A DNA stretch of 64,000 bases from the human T2T-CHM13v2.0 reference genome, Homo sapiens, in NCBI RefSeq assembly GCF_009914755.1, contig NC_060932.1, one strand, 5' to 3'. The notes beneath the pieces were generated by a model. That model did no database searches and had not been told where the DNA came from. It saw nothing but the letters and a program-made list of their open reading frames with translations. Positions 52,837-64,000 of the stretch are shown piece by piece (position 1 is the first letter of the stretch; the number at the start of each line of letters is the position of its first letter). The position numbers were made by a program, and so were the translations under genes.

Positions 52837-53231
52837 GTATTAGTAGTCAGGTTCTCCAGAGAGACAGAACTAAATCAGTAGGCTATGTACAAATATAGAG
52901 AAAGAGAGAGATTTTAAGGAATTGGCAGGACGTTCAGTGAAGAGTTGACGTTGCCGTCTGAAGTCGAAAATCCACAGATGGGATTCCTCTGCTACGGTCT
53001 GGAAGAGAATTCCTTCTTTAGGGACTCTCAGTCTTTTGCTCAGAAGCCTTCAACTGATTGAGTACCCCCCCTCCACATTACAGAGGGTCATATGCTTCCT
53101 TAAAGTCAGCTGATTGGAAATACTAATCACATCTAAAAAAAAACTCCTTCACAGCTGTGTATGGACTCCTGTGCAACCAAACAATGGGACGCTGCAACCC
53201 AGCCAAGCTGACACAGAAAATCAACCACCAC
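52837..53231 (-). mobile_element. MLT2 (ERVL) solo LTR
   Basis: caggttctccagagagacagaac...gccttcaactgattg...agccaagctgacacagaaaatcaaccacca. Confidence 0.85.
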
Positions 53232-53426
53232 CGGGGCCTCCAAAGGAAGGGCCTCAAAAGAGGAGACCCTCTGTTGGTTTCCTCCTTCTGCCCTTGACCT
53301 TCTCTTTCTTCCTGCCTGGAAGGCAGATGTAAGGCCAAGCATGGGGCAGCCATCATGAGACCATGAGGCAAGAGTGAGAGTGAACAAAGAGAGAGAGCGG
53401 GTACTGCTCCCTGGTGGCATTGTGGG

Positions 53427-53798
53427 TGTATTGGTCTGTTCTCACACTGCTATAAAAGAATACCTGAGACTGGGTAATTTATAAAGAAAAGAGGTTTAAT
53501 TGGCTCACAGTTCCACAGGCTGTACAGGAAACATGGCTGGGAGGCCTCCAGAAACTTACAATCATGGCAGAAGCTGAAGGGGAGGCAAGCACATAAATGG
53601 CCAGAGCAGGAGGAAGAGAGGTGGGAGGTGCTACACACTTTTAAACAACCAGATCTTGTGAGAACTCACTCACTGTCACGAGAACAGCAAAGGGACCATC
53701 TGTCCCCCAACCCCAGGATCCAATCACCTCACACCAGGCCCCTTCTCCAACATCGGGGACATGAGATTTGGGTGGGGACACAGATCCAAACCATATTA
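53427..53798 (-). mobile_element. MSTA-like MaLR solo LTR
   Basis: ctgctataaaagaatacctgagactgggtaatttataaagaaaagaggtttaattggctcac...gacacagatccaaaccatatta. Confidence 0.93.
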
Positions 53799-55068
53799 GT
53801 GGGGCTGAAACACCAGCACGCCACTGCCCACCTCCCGGCATCTTGTCACATGACAAAAATACATGCCGGCTTGGTTAAGCCACTTGACACACAGCTGAGC
53901 CCATTTCTGACATATTTGTGTTTGGAATATCTCATAATAAAATGATTAAATAGAAAACAAGGGATACATAGGAAATATTTCTAAGTATACCTGTGACAGT
54001 ATTTCCTGACTTACAAACCTGTGAGTTGCAACAATTTAAAGGAAGACTTCCTATTCTCTTTGGCCAATAACATTCCATGCAGCAATTTGGGCCCAGCAAC
54101 AACAAGACCAGGTTCACAACCACAGTGGACCAACAGGCCGACACGCCCTCCAGGGCAGTGAGCTTCAGCCCCGGAATGGGTTTGTTCATTCAGCACACAT
54201 GCATTCATCCCTACCGTGCACAGGCCCCAAGAGATACAGCAGTGAGACCAGGATAATAAGGTCCCCTCCTTCCAAGAAAAGACTAATACTAATTGCTAGT
54301 TAGTAAAAGTCAGTTTCCTAGGTTGCAAGCAACAGAAAATCTCAGCTCACCTAAGAAGAAGGGGTTCTTTAGAAGGCCTTAGGGGTTAACAGAGCAGCTG
54401 AAGGGCTCAGGTGTGAGACAACAAGGAAGCTAGGCTTTCCCCAGGGACCCCAAATGCAGGATCTGAGTCCCCCGAAGAGCCTGAAACCTCACAGCGCAGG
54501 CTGTGGCCAAATGCAGAGGTCCAGTGGGGCAGGGCTAGAGGAGCCTCTGGGTGTGGGAGGTGGGATTCCTGTCCATGGCTGTCCCCTCCTCCCTTTGCTG
54601 TGAGGAGTTAGCCTGCACTGCCCACCCACGGAGGTTATATTTCACCAAGTGGCTTGTGCTGGCCAACGGAATGTTACTGGAGTTGATGAACGAAGAGGCT
54701 TCGGAAGTGTTTGTCGTTTGCTTTGTTCTCTTGGGCTTCTGCCACTGGCCATGGAAGAATATACCCTGGATGGCTGCTGCTTGCAGAATGTGGGATGGCG
54801 GGGCAGCCTGAACCCACGTGCAGCTGGGAACCCAGCCTGGCCAAGCCCAGCCACACCCGGCAGAGCACAGACACACAGACACACTCACACCTGTGAGCAA
54901 GAAGTCAACACCTAGGCTGTGTGATCTGAGTGTGTACCACACAGCCTTGCAGCACCGTGGCTGACACATACAGGGACAGAGGGATGCCTGGGCTCAGGTC
55001 CTGAAGGAGAGTAAGAGTTCCAGAGCTGAAGGAGAGAGACATCCCTGGAACACTAATGCTGTGAGGCT

Positions 55069-55464
55069 GAAAATGTGGCACGTATACACCATGGAATACT
55101 ATGCAGCCATAAAAAATGATGAGTTCATGTCCTTTGTAGGGACATGGATGAAATTGGAAATCATCATTCTCAGTAAACTATCGCAAGGACAAAAAACCAA
55201 ACACCGCATGTTCTCACTCATAGGTGGGAACCGAACAATGAGAACACATGGACACAGGAAGGGGAACATCACACTCTGGGGACTGTTGTGGGGTGGGGGG
55301 AGGGGGGAGGGATAGCATGAAGAGATATACCTAATGCTAAATGACGAGTTAATGGGGGCAGCACACCAGTATGGCACATGTATACATATGTAACTAACCT
55401 GCACATTGTGCACATGTACCCTAAAACTTAAAGTATAATAATAATAATAATAATAATAATAAAA
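55069..55464 (+). mobile_element. Young 5'-truncated L1PA2/PA3-like 3' end with (AAT)n tail
   Basis: Close to primate L1 3'UTR; aacaatgagaac (non-Ta GAG); G-rich tract. Confidence 0.96.
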
Positions 55465-56629
55465 GAATTGCCTTATCAAACTCGAGCATTTTACTGATGG
55501 GAAACCCCACCAACAGTGCACACTGGAGGTGGGGCAGGGAAATAGGACAGGGGAGAGCAGAAATGCCACAGGGAGCCAGTTACGCGGAGTGGGGGAGGGT
55601 GGCACAAGGATAAAAAGTACAGTCCTCACCACTGAGAACATCAGGGACCACTTCAGGATAACGGTCTTGAAGAACAAAGGTTCACGGTAGCCTCGTGGTC
55701 TGGGTGCAGTTACACATTCGCCTCCTAGCAACGGAGGCCTCCACATTCCCCTCAGCTTCACCACGTTTATAGCTAATGGATTCCTCAGCCCCGTGGCTAA
55801 ACTCACACGGTGCTGTGCTTCTTCAGTTCAAACATTCCCTTTCTGCTTGCCGTTTTGGGGTCTAAAATAAACATGTGCCCTGAAGATAAAGGAAGAAATC
55901 CAAAACTGCGTCTAATGATATATTAATAGCACAAAAATGCTCAAGCTGGGGGCATGTCAGAAAAAATGCAGTGCAAAGGAAAATACTGTTAAAAGCTGTG
56001 GGTGTGAAGGGAGGAAACCGAGTCGTTTTGCAGCCCTGCCTCTGCCCCCTCACAGAGCAGCTGTGCTCTGGGACTTGGTTGCTCCACCGCGCCAGGTGGG
56101 AGGGAAGGCAAAAGGAGGGGACCACCATGGATCCTTCCAGCTCCGCCCTCTCTCAGGCCAATGGTCTTAGGTTCTGAGAGCAGTGAATATCCCCTCCCTC
56201 CTGAGCTCATGCTGCGGCTCGGTCCTTTAGGCCTCCTCTGATGAGGCCCTGCTCTTCTTGAACCCCAAGGTCACCCATTCTAGCCTCATGCCCCACCTCT
56301 TCAATGAGCCCTTGCTGACCATGCCTGCCCCCGGCTCCTTCTCATGACCCTCACCCTCAGCCACCACCTCACCTGTGCTTGGTCAGCGAGATTGGTTGGA
56401 AGAATCACTGACCCTGGCAGCCAGAAACCAGAAGTCCTGCCACAGCCCTGACCCTCACTACCTGGCCCATGAACTCTGACCTCTTAACTTTTAAGTAAGT
56501 AACTTCTGTCCTCCTCACCAAAATGTTTGTTTGCCAGTGTAGACTGGGTTTTTTCTGATGATTGAATGGGAATGGTGCATGTGGAAATGCTTTATAAACT
56601 GTAAAACAATAAACATGGTGCCCAGGACA

Positions 56630-57085
56630 GGCCAGCATGGAGTGGCAGACACAGAATCACCCTCCTATCTAAAACCATAAAAAATAGGCAGAACCTGTGT
56701 TTTTAAGATACTAGACAGCAGGAACAGTGATCACCGTGGGTGGGAAATGAACAAGGCGGCACTGGAGTGGGCTCAGCCGACCGCCTTGAGTGAGTTTCCA
56801 GGCTGCTGCTCAGGGAGGGGAGACCCAGGCAGAGGCCAGCGAAGCCCCTGGGTTGAGGAGGTCGGGTCTGGAGAGACCTCGGGGTTCACTGAGTAGAAAA
56901 AGCTGCTCAGGGGATGCCAGGTATGCAGAAAGTTCCACATGTAGACAGTTGCATGTATGTGTAAAGAAACCAGCCAAAGCCAGAGAAATAACTTTGCAGG
57001 AGGACTTGAGGAGAAGGTGCCTGGAACGCACAGAAAGCCAGGAACAGTGTCTGTCCCAGCCAGCCTCACCCTCCCAGAAAACTCC
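56630..57085 (+). mobile_element. Ancient L1 5'UTR fragment, same family as 6645-7100
   Basis: ttttaagatactagacagcaggaacagtgatc...gagtttccaggctgctgctcagggaggggagacccaggcagag. Confidence 0.75.
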
Positions 57086-57257
57086 AAACTCCGCCAGAGA
57101 AAAAGATGAATTACCGTTGATGAAGCTTATGTTTAAAACTTTTGCTCTGCGAAAGACATTTCTAAGAAGATAAATAGACAACTCACAGACTGAGAGAAAA
57201 TATTTGCAAATTATGTATACAATAAAGGACAAATATCCAGAATATAGAAAGAACTCA

Positions 57258-57573
<316 letters not shown>

Positions 57574-58665
57574 AGACACATCACTGACAAATAAGTACTA
57601 GAAATGATGCTCAACATCCTTAGTCATTACGGAAAGGTGAATTAAAACCACAGTGAGACAGCACTATACACCTAGTAGAATGGTGAACACTATGAGCCTA
57701 TTAGAATGGCTACAAATATTTTTTCAAAAGCTAACAATGCCAAATGCTGGTAAGGATGTGAAGCCACAGAACCTTATACTTACTGTTGGTGTGCATGCAA
57801 AGTGCTTCACCTGCTTTGGAAGAGTTGACACTTTCTCATAAAGGTAAACACACACCTACTGTAAGCCCAACCAACCCCACTTTAAGTTCTAGGTATTCAC
57901 CAAACTGAATTGAAAATCTGTGTTCCCACAGAAAAAGGCGAGTGTGAATGTGTATGAAAGCTGTATTCATCAGCACTCCAAGCTGGAGGCAGCCAGGTGC
58001 CCTTCAACAAGTGAGTGGACAAACACACTGACATGTCCAGTGCAATCCCACTCAGCAACAAGATGAACCAGAGGGTCATCCGTGCAGCCACCGGGTGCAT
58101 CTGAGGTGCATTTTGCCAGGGGAAGGAAGTTAGACCCAAAGGATCTAATCTTATGCTTCAGTTTATATGACATTCTGGAAAAGACAAAACGATAGGAATG
58201 AAAAGCAAACCACTGGCTTTCACTGACTGGGGATTGAGGGAGAGAAGAGGAGCCACAGAGGCCCCATTTAGGGTGGGGGAGGGAATTGTTCTGCATGTGC
58301 CTATGAGTGTGGATATGTGACTCTGTGTCCTTGGCAAATCCCACAGAAATGTGTATCCACAAGGTGAACTTCATTGTTCCGTTTTGTGTTTTTAAATCTA
58401 AGGAGGAGTCTGGAGCCCCAGGATGGGTTTAGCCATGAGAGGTGCCTCTCCCGGTGCTACACATTGTGGCGGGGCCTCGCCAAGCGTGGGTGGGAAGAAG
58501 CTGACCTGGGTAACTTCAGAGAATTGAGTGTGACTAGGCCCTGGAAAGCAGGAACAAAAAGCACCGCACTTAGCCGTTCTCTAGGGGGTAAACTTGTTTC
58601 GTACAAGGATATGGGTTACTGATTCTGAAAGTAGACATGTACGAGAGTTGAACAAATAAATAAAT

Positions 58666-59205
<540 letters not shown>

Positions 59206-60954
59206 CTAGCAGTGTCCTGGGAGCAGGGACACCCCAGTACAGCAGGCACCCCCAGGACCCAGACCTCGGTGTCTGGACACCCTTGCAGCACCCCTGGAGA
59301 AATGGCTACTTCTAGGGGGTAAGACCCACCTGGGGCTTGTGGCAGTGCCAGGAAGTAAGGAAATGTCAGAAAAAAAGAAAGAAAAATGAGCCTGCCATTC
59401 TGGGAAGCCAGACTTCAAAGGACCTTCCCAAAGCTTTCTTCTATAAGAAAGGGGTGCCAGTGACGTCTGCCCTGGAGGGTCCTCATGGAGCTGAAAGGTG
59501 TCACAATGCCCTGCCTCCAATTGTCCTCTGCGCAGTTGTGCTCTCAGCTTCCCGACCTCCCCTCCTCTCTGCAGGGACGAAGCTACTCTCCCAAGGTCAG
59601 GGCTGTGAGTGAGGGGCCAAGGTGACTTGCCTCTGGGTCCGGAGCCCCTTCCTCTGCCTCATTTTGTACTCCTTGGCCACCCTGTGTCCCTCACAGCCCA
59701 GGCTTGCTCCAGAGCAGCTGGTATTTATGCTGCAGGTATGGAGGGCACACGGCAAGGGGGGCGTGACTGGCAGGCCTGGTACCCTGGACTCCACTGCCCA
59801 TTAATGTGGATGGCAGCCCCACAGGACTGTGGGAACAAAGAACAAGGGCCCACCTGCTCCTGAGACCAGGGGGGCACATTTGAAAACTGTCAGTCAATGC
59901 CCTTGGCTGGGCACTGGGCGTCAAGAACCCATTTCTTCAGCACTAACATCTGTCCCTACCACTTCTGGTGGGGAAGGTCAGGCATAGACCAGAAAATCAA
60001 TGGTTGGCATGGACCTGGGTACCCAGGATGGCGATTTGCCGGTAACTGCAGACTTGGCTTAGCCTGCCAACTGGTGGCAGGCACCAGCAGCCTTTAGGTC
60101 AGATACAGTGGTGGGGGTGTTGGCTCCCGGGGGTTCTTATCAGGAGCCCTCTGCCTGATGAGAAAGTACTGCACCCCCTCACCTCTGCCGGCCAGGGCAG
60201 TATCTAGAGAATGGGCAGACTGGACACCACCCCCAGGCTCCCCTCTCCTCCCTGTCCTGAGCATGGTCATGACCCTCACAAAGCCCTTTCACACCCACCT
60301 GATAAATAACAAGACTGAAGCTCCGAATCAGGACGTCAGGGTGTGCCAGAATTGGCACAGACACACACAGGCCTCTCTCTTCATTGGTTTTCTCAAAGCG
60401 AGTCTTCGATGGATCCCTAATTCTAGGAGACACCCCAGATGAAAAGGGTCTCAGGGCAAATAGGTTTGATAAATCACATATACACTGTGGTCCCTTGGAG
60501 AGTGGCGGAGAACAGAGCCGATTCAAGGCTCTGAGAAGTCCTGCAGCCGGGAAGCCTATCTAACTTTTTCAGCAAGCCTTTTACTTGGATGGGCCTAGAG
60601 TTGCCCTTCACAGTAATACACATCCCAGGGACTCACGCTGAAGCCCCTGTGGTTGATCCCATTATGAAGCTTACTATCAAGCCACTAAGTCGCAGAAATA
60701 TGTGCTAACACTACACGAGCTACCGAAAGAGCCAGCGTCATGCGTTCCTCCTTGAATCGTACTCCATCTTTTACAAATAAGAATCAGCAGATCCACCAGT
60801 GACTTCAAACTTCCAGGCTGCAGAGCTCATGAGAACGTGTATCCCTCTGACGGCTTCAGTGTCCTCCTCTCTGAAAGCCCGCCCTCCTTTAATGACCACC
60901 ACTCGGCCCTCCTCATCCACCCACTGTTTTTCTGGCTACTTCTTCAGCCACGTT

Positions 60955-61012
60955 GTGCACGCGTGCATGTGTGTGTGTGTATGCGTGTGCGCACGCACGC
61001 GTGTGTGTGTGT
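60955..61012. repeat. Alternating purine-pyrimidine tract
   Basis: gtgcacgcgtgcatgtgtgtgtgtgtatgcgtgtgcgcacgcacgcgtgtgtgtgtgt. Confidence 0.9.
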
Positions 61013-61866
61013 TTAGGTGGTTATTGGGCAAACCAACATATGTGTGTAATTTCTTTATAGTAGGAAAACACAAAAGGGCACAAAATGGAAAGAGACCACC
61101 CTCCCCAACCCAGACCACCCTCGACGTATTTCCTGAGGCAGCCACTTGGAGCCACCTCAGGATTTGCTCTCCTAGTGGGCCTCACTGAACCTCTCAATGA
61201 GAAGCCTTTCCCCTGGTATGTTTTTCTGGGTTGTTTCATTGCTGAGTGACACTCCAGGACTTCCAGCTTCAGCTGAGAGGCACAGAGCCAGGAAGCCCAT
61301 CTCTCCCACTCTTACAGAGAGAGCAAAGCTGGAGAGCTGTCAACCCCCTGCTTCTAGGGACCCATCAGAGAATGGGCACCACGGGACAGCCCCTAACCTG
61401 AGACTGAGGAAGGCAAGTGGCTGCAGGGAAACAGGGCATGCAGGGTGGCCTACTTGTGGCAGGCACCGAGAAGCTGATCAAGGGACTCAGGCGGCTACCG
61501 TAAGGACACAGACCCTTCAGGGCTGAGGTATAGGGAGGGTTGTCCCTTCTAGCAGAATTTTTCCCACAAACTCCACCATGTGCTTATAGGAAGATGTGGG
61601 ATTTTCCTGAAAACCTTCCCCATGGTCCGGTTGGAGGGAAACAACCTCAGCCACTGCTAAAAAGCTGCACAAGTCCATCGGTTCCAGCTTCCTACAGAGA
61701 AAATAGCCTTCGTCTGCAGGAGGAAAAGCCACAAAAGTGGGCACGAATGGAAACCCCCCACAGCTGGGAGAGGGAAGAGAAAATATCAAAACGTCGAGCC
61801 CTGGGGGTGACGCGAGATCACGGGCTATGACCAGAACTAAAGCCAGAGGAGCCATGGTTGTGAGGA

Positions 61867-63217
61867 CCACATCCCAGACACACACCCCAGACATACACCC
61901 CCCACACACACACATCCCAGACACACACCCCAGACACACATCCCAGACACACACCCCAGATACACACCCCAGACACACACACATCCCAGACACACACCCC
62001 AGACACACATCCCAGACACACACCCCAGATACACACCCCCCCACACACACATCCCAGACACACACCCAGACACACACACACCCCAGACACACATCCCAGA
62101 CACACACCCCAGATACACACCCCCCACACACACACATCCCAGACACACACACACCCCAGACACACATCCCAGACACACACCCCAGATACACACTCCAGAC
62201 ACACACACATCCCAGACACACATCCCAGACACACGCCCCAGACACAACGCCCCAGACACACACACATCCCAGACACACACCCCAGACACACATCCCAGAC
62301 ACACACCCCAGATACACACCCCAGACACACACACATCCCAGACACACACATATCCCAGACACACACCCCAGGCACACACACATCCCAGACACACACCCCA
62401 GACACAGACACATCCCAGATACACACTGTAGACACACACCCCAGACACACACACATCCCGGACACACACACACCCCAGACACACACACATCTCAGACACA
62501 CACCCCAGACATACACCCCCCACACACACACATCCCAGACACACACCCCAGACATACACCCCCCACACACACACATCCCACACACCCCAGACACACATCC
62601 CAGACACACACCCCAGATACACACCCCAGACACACATCCCAGACACACACCCCAGATACACACCCCAGACACACATCCCAGACACACACCCCAGACACAC
62701 ATCCCAGACACACATCCCAGACACACACTCCAGACACACACACATCCCAGACACACACCCCAGACACACATCCCAGACACACGCCCCAGACACACGCCCC
62801 AGACACACACACATCCCAGACACACACCCCAGACACACATCCCAGACACACACCCCAGATACACACCCCAGACACACACACATCCCAGACACACACCCCA
62901 GACACACACACATCCCAGACACACACCCCAGACACAGACACATCCCAGATACACACTGTAGACACACACCCCAGACACACACACATCCCGGACACACACA
63001 CACCCCCCAGACACACACCCCAGACACACACACATCTCAGACACACACACACCCCAGACACACATCCCAGACACACACACATCCCAGACACACATCCCAG
63101 GCACACACACATCCCAGACACACATCCCAGACACACACCACAGACACACACATCTCAGACACACACACACCCCAGACACACACCCCAGACACACACACAT
63201 CCCAGACACACATTCCA
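61867..63217. repeat. About 1.35-kb CA-rich satellite of (CA)n-[C/T]CCCAGA units
   Basis: Variable 12-18 bp units; source of the His/Thr/Pro and Cys/Val/Gly ORFs. Confidence 0.98.
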
Positions 63218-63322
63218 GGACACAGGTTCTGTGGAGGCAGAGGCTCAATCAGAAACTCAGAGAAGCCCCTCCTCGCCTCTACCCACAGGTAAACAAGCAT
63301 CCAGTAAAATAAGAGTGGGATA

Positions 63323-63721
63323 AAGCAGGAGAGAGGCGGGACGCAGGCTCTCCCGGAGTCCAGCGTGGAATGAAGCAGGAGAGAGGCAGGATGTGGGCTC
63401 TCCCAGGGTCAGTGTGGAATACAACAAGAGAGAGGTGGGATGCGGGCTCTCCCGGGGTCCAGCATGGAATACAGCAGGAGAGAGGCAGGATGCAGGCTCT
63501 CCCGGGGTCCAGCGTGGAATACGGCAGAAGAGAGGCGGGATGCGGGCTCTCCCGGGGTCCAGCGTGGAATGAAGCAGGAGAGAGGTGGGACGCGGGCTCC
63601 CCCCCAGGGTCTAGCGTGGAATGAAGCAGGAGAGAGGCGGGATGCGGGCTCTTCCAGGGTCCAGCGTGGAATGAAGCAGGAGAGAGGTGGGATGTGGGCT
63701 CTCCCAGGGTCAGTGTGGAAT
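63323..63721. repeat. About 50-bp GC-rich VNTR, 8 copies
   Basis: gcaggagagaggcgggatgcgggctctcccggggtccagcgtggaatgaa repeated. Confidence 0.97.
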
Positions 63722-64000
63722 AAAGTATATCTAGAGAAATTATCCAAACTGGAACACAAAGAGAATTTAGAAGGGGAGTGGGGAGCAGGGTGGGGAGAGA
63801 CAGAACAGAGCATCCAAGAGCCGTGCAACCCCATGCAGTGGTCTAAAATATGGATAACTGGACTCCCATGAGGGGAAGAAAGAGAGAATGGGACAGAAGA
63901 AATATGTGAGGAAATGATGACCAGTATCTGTTTTCAATTCATGAAGGACACCAAACCGCAGATCCAAGAAACTCAGGTAACACCAAGCAGGATCAACTAC
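63722..64000 (+). mobile_element. Ancient L1 ORF1 fragment
   Basis: agaacagagcatccaagagccgtg...aaaccgcagatccaagaaactcag. Confidence 0.75.

Noticed and set aside
61517-63323. 219-528 aa His/Thr/Pro and Cys/Val/Gly ORFs
   Set aside because: Translations of a low-complexity satellite.

Overview
Primate (almost certainly human) GC-rich genomic DNA. No intact protein-coding gene, RNA gene or CRISPR array is supported. Much of the window is interspersed repeat (Alu, old and young L1, MaLR/ERV LTRs, MER DNA transposons, MIR/L2) plus several minisatellites, and the long ORFs in the track come from repeats. The main result is a decayed multi-exon gene on the minus strand, from about 6470 (possibly about 9770) to beyond position 1. 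By-eye translation gives successive AG-flanked segments that resemble CCDC141 exons 3-8 in order and roughly in length, followed by a spectrin-repeat helix and a stop-free frame running off the window edge. This suggests an unprocessed, possibly unitary pseudogene of a CCDC141-like paralogue. The CCDC141 sequence and repeat consensuses were recalled from memory and need tblastn/HMM/RepeatMasker confirmation. Other notable structures: a near-identical 186-bp inverted duplication inside an ancient L1, minisatellites grown out of L1 and LTR sequence, a four-layer nested transposon stack, and a GC/CpG-enriched old L1 relic.
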